From a virus: a DNA stretch of 64,000 bases. Below the pieces are notes generated by a model, which saw only the letters and a program-made list of their open reading frames with translations, was not told where the DNA came from and did no database searches. Shown piece by piece: positions 10,701 through 21,400 of this stretch. Within the stretch, counting starts at the first letter, position 1. Each line of letters opens with the position of its first letter. Where the stretch lies: IMG/VR virus record IMGVR_UViG_3300037313_000197, positions 1-64,000 of that record. One strand, given 5' to 3'. Made by a program: the position numbers and the translations under genes.

Positions 10701-13509
10701 TTGAATCTACGACCAATAGACCACCGGCCCCGATGGTAAGCGTAGTTGCAGTTACAGTTCCACCCTTTAGGACAGAAGCGCTAACCGTGTTTCCAGAGCC
10801 TTCAATGACAAGACCAGAGGTTGACAACTTGAATCCAGATGTACCAGCAGTATAACCAGCAGACTGAATTGCACCGCCAGTACCAATGTTTAGAGTGTTG
10901 ATGAAACCTGTTCCAGCAGTGATCTTGTTTGCATCAACATTAGCAAACACACCGCTAGCCAACTGCTCGGATACCCATGCGGTTCCACTGTACTTCCATT
11001 GAGCAATAGCGTTTCCGCTACCGTCGATCTGCCACCATAGGTCACCGGCAACATATCCAGTTGTACCAGAAGCAGCAGAGGTAGAACGGATAATCTTGTT
11101 CTTTCCATTTGCTGTTGCATATGCTGTGTCTGCGGTATCCTGAGCGGCACCGGCTGTAGAGAATGAAACTGCTGCAATGGCATGCTTTCCGGTACCACCG
11201 GCAGGGTAGTTGAGAAGCCATCCCACACGCACCTTTGCCGTGCCGGGAGGAACACCCAATGCCCACGTTGCTCCACCACCAGCAGAAGTAGCCTGAGAAG
11301 CAGAGGACATTGTTCCCGCAGTAAATACATCGGAATAAGTTGTCCAAGTTTCAGGAACCACTACGCTTGTTGCGGAAGGCATATACATGTACGATCCACC
11401 AGAAGTAGCATTAGAAACTGATGTTCCAGCAGGCTTAGCAGGACCGGAGTATGGGGAAGTAAGGGTAATAACATTTCCAGAAATTCCACCATCTGCCCAC
11501 GCAGGAGTTCCGGGGTTAAGGACATTTCGAGAATATGATCCTACCGGCCATGCTCTACCAGCGGCATCAACATAATCCCAGAAAATCATGTTTCTTAGAT
11601 ATGTGTTTCCACCGGCAGGCTTAGAAGCAGAACCATACCAGTTTGCCGATGAAGTCAGCGTGATGGTTGTATCGCCGGGATTAAGCGGTGCCGCAAGCGT
11701 TGTCGTGGTACCGGTAATGTACATGTAGTTGTATGGCTGGATAGCAAGGTTGAATGCATCGTAAGGAGCAATGAATCCATACATTGTGTTAGTCTGACCA
11801 GATACCGTTTGACGCGCTTGGAAGGAGAACTTGTACTTCTTTGCGGGATCAAATGATAGGTTCTCATCGATCTGTGCAGACTGCTGCGTTGTTGTCTTGA
11901 TAACAAACGATCCGTTAGCACCGGTAGGAGCATCGGTAGCGCTAAAGTTGAATGATGAGAAGTTATAGTTGTTCTTCATCAATGCAGTACCATTGGTAAT
12001 AAGGTCTGACCCCTGAGCAGAGATGTATGAAAGAGAGACATTTCCCGTTGTTGCCCACGCGCTACCGGTCCAGTACTTCTCAAATCCAGAAGTGGTATCC
12101 ATCCATACGTCGTTGGTGTTCGGAGAAGATGGAGCAGTAGTAGAAACCGTGTACTTGTTGTAAACGGTGAATGCGCCGGTTGCAGCGTTAACAGATGCGG
12201 AGTAGGCTGAGGTAGCGCCCTGTGAGTCAACAGCGCGCACGCGTGCATAGTAGGTCGTATTCTCTGCTAGGCCATTGATAGAAATGGAGGTAGCGCCAGT
12301 GCGGTACTGCAATACTCCGGTGGTGAAACCTGAGTTGGTAGCCACTGTTACGTCATACGTACCGGCGTTGTTTGCCACGTCGGTTTCTGTGTTCTCATTC
12401 CATGACAGGCGGATATTGTCCTTACCGGTGGTAATAGCCAGACCGGTAGGAGTAGCAGGAGCGGTATTTGCCTGAGCAGTTACATTGACAATGGTTGTCC
12501 AGTTTGAGTAGTTAGCCGAGAAGTCCTTCGAACGAATACGAATGTCATAAGCCTTGTAAGGAACAAGACCTTGAATGGTTGTACTTGTAAGAGACTTATC
12601 AACGTAGACATACTGCCAGTCATTTACCGGGCTTGCAGTCTGACGGAATGCAAGAACATAGGAGTCTAGGTCAGTGTCGCTAACTGCTGTCCAAGATACT
12701 GCCATAGAAGCACTAAGACCATCGGCAGCATTGGTCAACGTACCGGCCAATCCAGTTGGGACAGCGGGTGCAGTGGTATCAACACTTACCGGCGAGGTAG
12801 GCTTAATTGGACCGAAGACATTTGACGACGCCGACTCAGTGTTAAATACGTCAACAGCGACAACCTTGTACCAGCGATCTGTCGTGGTGTCAGTGATCTG
12901 AATGTTTGCCGTAAGGGCAGTTCCAGTCCACACCAAGGTGCTCTGGGTGGTACTGTTCAATCCAGAGTATAGGTGGTATTCCTTCAAGTCTAGGTCTGCA
13001 ACGGCATTCCAAGAGAAGGTCAGAAGGTTGACACCGGATGCCCCTGTAAGGCCCGTAGGAGCCGCAGGAGCGGCGTTAGTTTGAGAGACAGTAGAAGTAT
13101 AGGCAGAGGCATTTCCGGCCGTGTCAACGGCGCGTACGGCCATCTGGACGTTAGCCTGAGGCGTTCCGAAGAGTGCAACGTTCTGGCTGAAAGGAAACTC
13201 AAATCTTACGTCTCTGGTAGCAAAGGTAGTAGTCTGAATAGAGCCAGAAGATGTAATCTTAATCTCGTATCGGTCAAGGTCAGAGGCAGGGCTGTTGTCA
13301 GAAGATTGGGTAACAGGATCCCACTTAAGAATGAATGACGATCCAGCCATGCTACCCACAGGGTTTGCAGGCGTCTTTGGAGCAATCGTGTCACCAGAGG
13401 TAGTTACCGCATAGTTTCTCGACCATTCAGAATAATCGGCACCACTCTTAGAGCGTGCCTTGATGATAAGGTTTGTGCCCGCAGGCTGATTAGGAATTAC
13501 AATTCTCAT
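7753..13509 (-). CDS. large tail fiber / receptor-binding protein with FN3 and carbohydrate-binding-like domains
   Basis: 1918 aa. Repeated APA.PTGL...L.W FN3 units and beta-rich S/T/G/A domains. C-terminal PQYRK...CRGLI...TLPTGFRP tail-fiber domain. Confidence 0.85.
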   Translation of the reverse strand: MRIVIPNQPAGTNLIIKARSKSGADYSEWSRNYAVTTSGDTIAPKTPANPVGSMAGSSFILKWDPVTQSSDNSPASDLDRYEIKITSSGSIQTTTFATRDVRFEFPFSQNVALFGTPQANVQMAVRAVDTAGNASAYTSTVSQTNAAPAAPTGLTGASGVNLLTFSWNAVADLDLKEYHLYSGLNSTTQSTLVWTGTALTANIQITDTTTDRWYKVVAVDVFNTESASSNVFGPIKPTSPVSVDTTAPAVPTGLAGTLTNAADGLSASMAVSWTAVSDTDLDSYVLAFRQTASPVNDWQYVYVDKSLTSTTIQGLVPYKAYDIRIRSKDFSANYSNWTTIVNVTAQANTAPATPTGLAITTGKDNIRLSWNENTETDVANNAGTYDVTVATNSGFTTGVLQYRTGATSISINGLAENTTYYARVRAVDSQGATSAYSASVNAATGAFTVYNKYTVSTTAPSSPNTNDVWMDTTSGFEKYWTGSAWATTGNVSLSYISAQGSDLITNGTALMKNNYNFSSFNFSATDAPTGANGSFVIKTTTQQSAQIDENLSFDPAKKYKFSFQARQTVSGQTNTMYGFIAPYDAFNLAIQPYNYMYITGTTTTLAAPLNPGDTTITLTSSANWYGSASKPAGGNTYLRNMIFWDYVDAAGRAWPVGSYSRNVLNPGTPAWADGGISGNVITLTSPYSGPAKPAGTSVSNATSGGSYMYMPSATSVVVPETWTTYSDVFTAGTMSSASQATSAGGGATWALGVPPGTAKVRVGWLLNYPAGGTGKHAIAAVSFSTAGAAQDTADTAYATANGKNKIIRSTSAASGTTGYVAGDLWWQIDGSGNAIAQWKYSGTAWVSEQLASGVFANVDANKITAGTGFINTLNIGTGGAIQSAGYTAGTSGFKLSTSGLVIEGSGNTVSASVLKGGTVTATTLTIGAGGLLVVDSTAAIRSNNYAIGSTGYRMDSSGLEVNDGTIDAKTLKTGSAVIGDLVIGRSADSLGTVRSFDYVAGTTGWKIGKGLFEVNQGVIKAPALQIQSGASNLERPEYSAFEFTSTFYNGKFGPSNGTTSIQTVGGVQGSQFLRLSTTTAAASTFYLGDSATDYHISVEAGKTYIVSAWMKASTATAVSAALRFKYNDGTSSAVPTPVTLTSGGSFTRYSWAITVPAGITNALVEVDNNTATAGVGIDIDGVMVEQQVGGLTTPSTYVMPGMTSVDGAIVRTGQMVSNATVTVNGVSQPAWSINMAGGAQFGDAAIRGSLVVGPTTPTEYATNGNMESTSLSAFTLYANPYMSTTSMVRTTTAGEVINGTGSLKFTGTDTADSFSSMGFEVALGSGIPDSNSINFTFKLRYLSTTTVDEQCYALVQLIDSGGIVIKSKPVVFTDNTNFIVQGNTKTASQAITVPIGYTAAKMRIVAMPRIAGTHRFIFDDISINASADLGASSISSGNYIQNGAGWRLNSSGVGDFNDITIRGIIGTGSAGKRLVLGDKFDTGGIYMYSGNAYEWSNGFLNVADDASITLYAGYIGNTVPATPTGSGAGGAGGIGSSYSMGTMTIGKIPNNTTYYGFQFAQTKAFMVDADNTAYMSGYDGIFYISNVAYASSDVSSAGTLLQGTSAGPMKITQDNQTMTLLFTETATSAVQNKVVLDTNGVTLNAEALTLQNDWTPNSALANLKGNVADQMTWVSRSVDMLSGGGVISVDASYNIKWTQRFMAVALGNHTNTFTNGYLAITMPAVGATIPGYGGAPASTTVTSSGIALASWCVLYYEPTFGGSGATSDDSAFRMVSYTSTFTVPAHWIPIALRNTDLGMVYFGNGIGYTPWTDIPLSGSWAAFDTIGSGHRNPQYRKTSFNEVQCRGLIKHATTTTTGTFATLPTGFRPTETEMFLANANAGVARIDVLNTGVMSLNSYIASGNAGFVSLAQVKFFAD

Positions 13510-14390
13510 AGTGTTAGGTCCAAGGTGTATTCGACGTCAAGAGGAACACCGACTGCCTTGGTCACCGGCGTTCCCAATACTGTTCTACTTACCAGAGTTT
13601 CTACTTGGTTGTAGGTGTCTTTGTCATCAATTCTGAATCCATCAAAATCAACCTGTGCTGCACCACCGGCCCCGGCAGTTGCAGAAACACCAACCTGAGT
13701 AATGTTTCCCCATGATGGGCTTCCAGTAGCAACGAAGTTATTCTTGTTGAATGTTGCGATGTTGTAGGAAACCGCTGGCGAGTTGATCGTGTATGTAAAG
13801 TAGTTTGATGCATCTGTATAGAATCTCAGGAAGACACTCGATGCATTGGAGTTGTTGTTTCTGTAAGCCAACTTGAAATCATCGCTGGATGAGTAACCAG
13901 AAAGATCAATCAAGGTGTCCAGAGTAACAGTAGTGGTTGAGGAAGTGGCCGGTGCAAGTCTCAAATTAGCAGCGCCAGTTCTAGCATTCGTGGTGTTGTA
14001 TGTACCACCGCTCCAATTCTCTACGGTATTGTCAAAGGTAAGAATCAATGCTGAGGCATACATCGGTACCTGCTCATTGTAGGAATTCGACAGACCAACC
14101 TCATAGAATGATCCAGCCAAGTTCTCTGCCAAACGAGCCTTGAAAACTAGCCACGTGTTTGTGTAATCTGGGGAAATCAAAGTGACAGGTGCCTGTACGT
14201 TCTCAAAGTTAAGCGTAACATCGGCAGCGTTAGCAGCAGTCGATCCAACTCCTAGTCTAATCGACTTTCCGAAGTGTCCTGAATAGCCCGCTAGGTAACG
14301 AAGAATAGCGACCTTACCCAAGTTAGTAATGAGGTTTTCCTCTTCATGGATAAGGACGCCTTCTTGATAAAACCTGTAAATACCCTTCAA
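13506..14390 (-). CDS. minor tail / baseplate protein
   Basis: ENLITN.G...ILRYLAG...GVGST motif; position in the tail module. Confidence 0.7.
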   Translation of the reverse strand: MKGIYRFYQEGVLIHEEENLITNLGKVAILRYLAGYSGHFGKSIRLGVGSTAANAADVTLNFENVQAPVTLISPDYTNTWLVFKARLAENLAGSFYEVGLSNSYNEQVPMYASALILTFDNTVENWSGGTYNTTNARTGAANLRLAPATSSTTTVTLDTLIDLSGYSSSDDFKLAYRNNNSNASSVFLRFYTDASNYFTYTINSPAVSYNIATFNKNNFVATGSPSWGNITQVGVSATAGAGGAAQVDFDGFRIDDKDTYNQVETLVSRTVLGTPVTKAVGVPLDVEYTLDLTL

Positions 14391-14776
14391 GCCTTAGTCA
14401 CCGCCACATCAAAGTTTTCTACACCGGGCAAATCTGGGATATCAATTACGATATCAACCAGATAGCCTCCACCGGCTGCTGCCTTTACTGTCTGAGAAAC
14501 TACAACAAGTCCGTCAGGAATAGGCAGTTCGTTGTGAGATTCTGGGGTTGCAGGAGACCACGTTTCATCCTCACTTGCATCCTCCACCGGGTCTGGGTTA
14601 ACAGATTCAGAATCTACAAACTCAGTCGCAGTGTCTTCGTCTTCTGAAACATTATCGTTTTCTACATATCTAATGTCATAAACGTTTGGGGGAAGGAAGA
14701 ATTGAGGGTCAATATACGTCTCGTCTCTTTTTTCAACCATTACTACATTATATTGGACCGCAACATCAACCGTCAA
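14387..14776 (-). CDS. minor tail protein (acidic)
   Basis: Position and overlapping start/stop codons. Confidence 0.55.
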   Translation of the reverse strand: MTVDVAVQYNVVMVEKRDETYIDPQFFLPPNVYDIRYVENDNVSEDEDTATEFVDSESVNPDPVEDASEDETWSPATPESHNELPIPDGLVVVSQTVKAAAGGGYLVDIVIDIPDLPGVENFDVAVTKA

Positions 14777-17700
14777 ATTTTTGCACGGCGCAACGTCATT
14801 GTTGTTTCCAATCCACCCTCACCGTAAGAGTGATTCAGTCCGACAATGAAATACTTGTGAGTATTAGCGGTCATATTGGCTGGCGAGTAGTTAATGGCAA
14901 CCACATCACCCAATTGAACCAGAGGGTTCATGAATGACTCGATTTCTAGTTCATCCATACCTCCGGACCAATGCAAGGTAATCCAGTCACCCAGAGCCTT
15001 TGCAGATGCTTCGTTCTGAATATAAGGAGAGTCGATTTCTAGTGCTACTTCTCCACGTCGTCTAATTGCTGCATCGTCCTTTACCTCTACCCGCTTCGCT
15101 GCATCGGCTACATTAATGGTACGTCCATAAATAAGCATCTTCTGCTCTACAGGGTTGTCGGTTCCAAAGGTGACAGCATCAGTACCATTGAGAATGGCAT
15201 TGTAACGATGTGTGTTTGCAACAAGGAACTTTGCTCCAAATGCCGTGCCGGTGTAGTCAGGGCAAATAGCCTGAGAGTCATTGGACATGTACAGACGAGA
15301 GTGAAGAACTGGCTGTTCGAACTTAACGTCCATTTCACGTACCTCATGCACCCCCGCGCCGAACTCATCAACAAACAACTGATTGTATCGCTGGTTGTAG
15401 TAAGTCTTCTTCTTTCCAGATAGCCTGTAGGTCTGACGAGTGTTGTAGGTCCATTCCTTTGTCAACTGTGTCGAAACGTAACCCTTCTTAATTCTGTCAT
15501 ACAGTGTTGAGTTGTCGAATACAACCGCCTCATTTGACGATGTTCCGTATAGGTACTCAAAGTCAGCGTTGGTGAACCCTCTCGTGAAGACTCCCCAGCG
15601 CCCGGTGTTGCCTGTAGCGGGCATGTTAGCGGTAGGAACATTTACTGACATACGTAGGATACCGTTGACAAAGATATTGAACGTAGGGCTTCCTCCTGTG
15701 CCATATGAAACCTGCACATCAAGGTCGTACCAAGCGTTGGTTGAAACAGCAATTGGCACACCCTTACCGTTGTCATTACCAATCCTCTTAATCGTTCCGT
15801 TTGCATAGCGAACGTAGAAGTTCAATTCATTAGCCGAGTTGCGGGCAGCAGGGTTTCTTGCATAGTTTGCTGTTTGGAATAGTTCAACATAGTATCCTGC
15901 CTCGTTACCGGCAGAACCTAGAGACATTGCCATTCCCGCTCCGTATCCGCCACTGTTGGTAATCATGAGACGAGTTCCGTAGTAATACAGCGGAGAGTCT
16001 AGTTCACTGCCGCGAGAAACTACATACCAAGAATTAGTCTTGAAGGTTGAGTTTGTGGTAATGCGGGCACGACCAAGATCGGGAATCTGTCTCCATCCAT
16101 TGTTCCATACAAATCCAGTTCCAGCACCGGTCTTTACTCTTCCCGTGTATCCGGTAGCATCGATATTGTGAGCCTTTGCTACGCTGCTCCACAGACCTCT
16201 GTTTGCCGACCCGATCCATAGATATCCATTGAAGTAGTTCATGAATGACTTTGTTGGGTTCAACTTATCCAAGGCAACCTTTTCATCGTTGCTTGAAATG
16301 TACTTTGACTGCAACACCCCGGCAGCATTGTAGTATTGATATCCCTTAGCGGTCCAACGCATGAACTCACCTTCGATTTCAATAACACCAGAGTAAGGCC
16401 ATACAGGTGCATCCGTTGGTCGAATTCTAATACTCTGACTGGTTGTGGTAAGCGAAGAGGTCAACTGAGTTGAGCGTAGCACAAAGTCACCGTCAGGTGT
16501 CCAGACCTGAGTCATTGGAATAACACCCTGCGTATCCTTGGAGATATCAGTTTCGTACCAATTGACCGTCACGTGGTTCGCCTCAAAGTCATTTGAGTGC
16601 TTTAGGCTGACAAGGTTAGCCAGAGTAGTTCCATTTAGAGAACGCTCCATTGTCCATACCGGCGTGTTTGCTAGGTTGTATGCAGTGGTGCGTGTCTTGA
16701 TCTGCATTACACCGTATTCATCAAACCAAGCAGCAGTTTGAGTCGCCTCGGTAATCTCAGTAATAATATCCCATACTGTCTTAGTTCCATCTGTCCAGTA
16801 GTAGGGGATTACAGTTGCAGGGTCAGCATCTACCGGCTCAACGTAGTATGAAGTGAACCCAACGCTGTCCAGAATTCGCCAGATGATTTCGGCAACAGTA
16901 AGTCCCTGAAACACTCTTGCAGTGGGCTTCAACTGCTGTAGGATTTGGGAACTATCCTGCAATGGCACGGTAATGGTATCGAGTTCCTGAACGTCCCATA
17001 CATCAGTAATCATCGTGAACTGACGAATGTACTCATACGTCTTTGGAATGGTGGTGTAAGAATCCAGCGAGATTCCAACGTCCATTCTCATTTCTACGTT
17101 CTTGTCAATAAGACCGTAGTAAAGTGTTGCCGGGTTTGTGTTCGTGAACCTGTTATCGAAGTTAGCCAAGGTCACCGAAGCAGTGTTGGCATTTGCCTTT
17201 CCCAATGGGGAAATAAACGAGTAATCTGACATTTCAAACTGGCAAGAGTAGTCAGCCACATATGGAGATAGATCAGATTCTAGACGTGCTCCTAGTTCAA
17301 TCAGTGAGAAATAAACCTTGGCAGCACTCATTTGCGTAACGTTGATACGTACGCCGCGAATCTGAATTGGGTTGTCATAGTCTGCTGTGGTCGTCCAGTT
17401 ACCGGTGCTGTTGCGATAAAGTACCACCCTTCCATTAGTAGGAATGGTTGGGTTAGTAGCAATCGTGGTCCAGTTGGTGCCATCGGTAGTAATCTCTACT
17501 GTCCATGCTGTAGGCCATGCATACGTGTTTTCAATCCCAACAACAATCTTGTTTGACCATGTTGGATTGGTGTAGATGATGGTTGGCTGAACATTGGCAA
17601 TAGACTGGCTGCCGGGAGCGTATACCACGCCGGAAGACTCTGCCGGTGACTGCCAATACTTGTACTTGGAGTCCGCAGAAGAGGTCACATAGCGAGGAGC

Positions 17701-18000
17701 ATTTGGGTTCGCCATGTAGGCTGCTGTTGTTTTTCCATCGGTCTTGATGGCCTTTCTAGCAGCAGCAGAAGCACGAGCCTTGACGATGCCAGAAGATGAT
17801 GGACGAATAGGGTCAGCAATAGACTCGATTGGAAACACGTCAGGATCGGCGTCTGCCGTAGGAGACGCCGCAGGACCATTGGTGATACTCGTAATAGGTG
17901 AGTACCTGTTCATGTTCCATTCAGCAATAAGTCGAAGTGTTGTTTGCACTTCGACAGACTGCTTTAACTTATTTACAACTGCTGTTGATGCTGACTTCAA
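14773..18000 (-). CDS. tail tip / baseplate hub (Tal-like) protein
   Basis: 1075 aa; second gene after the tape measure gene; WFDEYG.MQIK and C-terminal IDSPYIQ...QLGDVV motifs. Confidence 0.75.
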   Translation of the reverse strand: MKSASTAVVNKLKQSVEVQTTLRLIAEWNMNRYSPITSITNGPAASPTADADPDVFPIESIADPIRPSSSGIVKARASAAARKAIKTDGKTTAAYMANPNAPRYVTSSADSKYKYWQSPAESSGVVYAPGSQSIANVQPTIIYTNPTWSNKIVVGIENTYAWPTAWTVEITTDGTNWTTIATNPTIPTNGRVVLYRNSTGNWTTTADYDNPIQIRGVRINVTQMSAAKVYFSLIELGARLESDLSPYVADYSCQFEMSDYSFISPLGKANANTASVTLANFDNRFTNTNPATLYYGLIDKNVEMRMDVGISLDSYTTIPKTYEYIRQFTMITDVWDVQELDTITVPLQDSSQILQQLKPTARVFQGLTVAEIIWRILDSVGFTSYYVEPVDADPATVIPYYWTDGTKTVWDIITEITEATQTAAWFDEYGVMQIKTRTTAYNLANTPVWTMERSLNGTTLANLVSLKHSNDFEANHVTVNWYETDISKDTQGVIPMTQVWTPDGDFVLRSTQLTSSLTTTSQSIRIRPTDAPVWPYSGVIEIEGEFMRWTAKGYQYYNAAGVLQSKYISSNDEKVALDKLNPTKSFMNYFNGYLWIGSANRGLWSSVAKAHNIDATGYTGRVKTGAGTGFVWNNGWRQIPDLGRARITTNSTFKTNSWYVVSRGSELDSPLYYYGTRLMITNSGGYGAGMAMSLGSAGNEAGYYVELFQTANYARNPAARNSANELNFYVRYANGTIKRIGNDNGKGVPIAVSTNAWYDLDVQVSYGTGGSPTFNIFVNGILRMSVNVPTANMPATGNTGRWGVFTRGFTNADFEYLYGTSSNEAVVFDNSTLYDRIKKGYVSTQLTKEWTYNTRQTYRLSGKKKTYYNQRYNQLFVDEFGAGVHEVREMDVKFEQPVLHSRLYMSNDSQAICPDYTGTAFGAKFLVANTHRYNAILNGTDAVTFGTDNPVEQKMLIYGRTINVADAAKRVEVKDDAAIRRRGEVALEIDSPYIQNEASAKALGDWITLHWSGGMDELEIESFMNPLVQLGDVVAINYSPANMTANTHKYFIVGLNHSYGEGGLETTMTLRRAKI

Positions 18001-18405
18001 TTAGACTTCCTCGATTGTAAGACTTACGTCCCAAAGTTCCGCGCCGTTACCACGCTTCTTAATTGTTTTGTTGAACGATGTGATGACCGCATTGTAATTG
18101 GTAGAGACACCTGAGTTCTTTACATTGAAGGTAAATACTCCCGGCGTGGTCTTATAGAATGTCTCAATAGACTGACCGCCCCACTTACCATCAACGCACT
18201 TGGCGTCGGTATCGGGAACATCGCTCCATGATACCGACCACTTCAACTTGTCAGCAATAACTACCTTACGCAACGTGCCATCATGCATTCGCTTTGAATT
18301 CTCAATGCGGTTAATATCTAAGTCTACCTCGCCCCTATTGTGCTCGGTTAGACCATTGCCATTGATGCTCAAAAGCGAGCCCTTAGGCAAAGTCATTGCT
18401 GCCAT
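18001..18405 (-). CDS. distal tail (Dit-like) protein
   Basis: Immediately downstream of the tape measure gene; 134 aa beta-rich. Confidence 0.6.
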   Translation of the reverse strand: MAAMTLPKGSLLSINGNGLTEHNRGEVDLDINRIENSKRMHDGTLRKVVIADKLKWSVSWSDVPDTDAKCVDGKWGGQSIETFYKTTPGVFTFNVKNSGVSTNYNAVITSFNKTIKKRGNGAELWDVSLTIEEV

Positions 18406-21400
18406 TATCTCTTCCCTCCAATTGTTCTAGTTCCGCCACTCTTGCGTTCCATGTTTCTAAGTACGGTTTCAACTTCATGCTGGAAATCAATTCCTCTGTT
18501 GAATGATGCTCCATTAAAGTCTAGAGTTACATTATACTGAACTGTTCCACCATCTGCCAAGTTTTGTACACCTTCCTTTAGGTCGCGGGTAAGTGGCTTA
18601 GTCAATACCGCCTCTTCCTTGTGCAACTTAGCAATTCCATCGCTCATCATTAGACCGCCAGTATTCAACTGAGGCATAACCGTACGAGGGTCAAACCAAA
18701 CGCCGTTACGACCAATCTGGAAGTGAAGGTGGGAACCTGTGGACTTACCGGTCGAACCCATACGACCAATCAACTGTCCAGTATTAACCTTCTGTCCAGC
18801 ACGAACACCAATCTGGCTCTGGTGACCATATCCATACATGGTTCCATCAGCAGACTGAATCTCGGTGTAGTTACCATAACCGGTGTTGTCCCAGCCGGTG
18901 TAAATAACTCGTCCACCCTGAGCAGCCTTAATTGGTGTGCCAGTGGCATTAGCAATGTCAAGACCATTGTGGAAAGACATACCAAGAAGATTACGAGGAC
19001 CGAACAAAGAGGTTGTAACACCCGCTGCTGGTCGTACGTTTTCAGCGAAGTTTCCACCGCCCGGATATGCTCCGTGACCTAGGTAGACAACCTTTCCAGA
19101 CTTGTATGCAACAGATGCACCAGCGTTGAAGATATCTGAGAATGCATTTGCTGCGTCTGGCTTGTAGGCCAACTTGGAACCGATCTGGCCCTTCATGTCA
19201 TTACCTAGGCGCTTGTTGTAAGCAGAGTTGATTGCACTCTGAATTAGAACACGACCCATTGTTCCGACAACAGTTCCCGGTACACCGGCACCAAGACCCA
19301 TGACGCCACCGCCACCCTTGCCACCGCCCGAGTTGATGTAATCAAGTCCTGACTTTCCTAGGAATGACATTCCTCTACGGTTGACCATACCTTCACCGAC
19401 AAGAGCATTAACCCACTTCTCACCCGGCTTCTGGGTACCAGAATATCCAGTACGTGCACCGCCGCCAGCGCCAATAACTCCACCGCTGTGACGAGACTCA
19501 GGATCATTCAACTGAGTACGATACTTTGCCTTTGGAGTCTGCTTACCAAAGATGGTGTTGTCAGGAGCCTTACCACCGTTTAGCCATGCAGCGAATGTCT
19601 TTGGGTCCATGCCAAATGCACCCTTAATCATTGCACCGGCAATTTCCTGACCAATGTTAGCCCAATTGACTGTAGTCTTTAGAGCGTTTCCTTCCTTGGC
19701 AACCTCAGTGCCAAGAGCGCCAGAAACGGTGGTTGCCCACTTCTTACCGTTACCCTCCAACTTGATACCGAATCCATCGTATACCTTGTAAAGAGCACTG
19801 GCCTGATCTAGCAACTGCTGCTTGTTCTTCGGCAGGAAGGCGCGCATAATCGCCAACTGACCCTCTAGGTTACGCTTATCGCGAGCCTGATCGTCACGAA
19901 GTTGCTTTTCGTTAGCAGCATTCTCATTCTGAATACGCTTCTTCTCAGCATCTTCCTTCTTCTTAGCAAGGTCTTGTGCATCCTTTAGTTCCTGCTTCTG
20001 GCGGTCCTGTCGCTTCTGGAATGCTTCCTTTTCGGCGTCTTCAATTGCTTGAAGAGCCTCCATGTGAGCATCCTTAGCCTTGGAAACTGTATCCTTCTGC
20101 TTGTTTAGATCTTCAATTCTCTTGTCAGAAGCACTCGCTGATGCATCGGCAGCGTCAGAAGTTGCCCACTGAGCAATCTGAGCGTCAGCATTTGCCGACA
20201 ACTTTGCTGCTTCGTCCATGGCACCAGAGTTGATAGCCATGTTGATATCAATGTTGGTAGAGTACATCTGAGCAAGACGCTGAATACGTGTCTGCTCTGC
20301 TTCGAAAATCTTCTGACGGACCTTCTCGGCATCCTGTTCAGCCTTAATTGCATCTTCGATCTTCTGAATTCTGGCATCATAAACTGCGGCCTCTCGCTTC
20401 TTGCGATCATCCCATGCCTTGTCAAAAGCCTTCTTGTCCTTGTCCAGACGGTCATCCAGAGCCTTGGAAGCCTTTTCGCGCTTCTTGTCTGCTGCCTCGC
20501 CCTTCTTGTCAAGTTCATCTAGGGCGTCCTGACCCTTCTTCTGTAGAGCATCCATTTGAGCCTGCTGGTATTCGTCATACTGGCGTCCAGCCTCTTCGAA
20601 CATTCTGTCCTGTGCACCAGAGTAGACATTCTTCCAAGAATTACTAATGGAGTCTAGGGTTACGGTTGCATTGAATCCTAGTTCTGACAACTTAGCGTTG
20701 AAGGTATCCGCGTCAATTCCTGCACCGCGAGTAACATCTCCGAAGTACTGCACGGCGCTACCCAACTTGTAGGTACCGTCAGCAACGCGTAGATCGGTCT
20801 GAATCTGTGCAATCTTTGCTGCCGTCAACTTCTGGCCGGACTGCAAAACTTCGTTGATCTTCTCGTCGTACAGATCGGTAGGTCCAAGAGCCTTCTCGGC
20901 AGCAGTTGTAGTTTGTCCTAGATAGGTAGCAACGATAGGCTGCTGGAACAAATCCCAAAGGGTATGAATCTTGCCGCGAGCCTCTTTCGAGACATTAGCA
21001 GCAGAAGCAATGTTCTGGGCGAGTTGGATTAGACCATCGTTACGGGCTCTTAGAGCCTTGTAATCGTCATCGCTCATTCCTAGAGTTGTTGCTGAGAAGG
21101 TGTTCTGGTTTAGAGCCTTTGAGAAGTCATGGGCGTTGTTGATTCCAAGATACTTGGCTGCATCTGGGCTCCTCTTCTGGTAAGCCTTGTAAGCATCATT
21201 GATGAACTTGTCCTGCTCGTTTGCAAAGTCCATTAGAACCTTCTTACGATCACTCTTAGGCAATGTTGTAAGTTGGGTCCAGAAGTCCTTACCGATCTTT
21301 TGTACTACAACACCGGCATCCTGAGAAAGTTGTCCACCATTCCACACACCTTCCCACCAGTTGACAGGCTTGTCCTTGAATGCACCGTCCAACTGAGTTC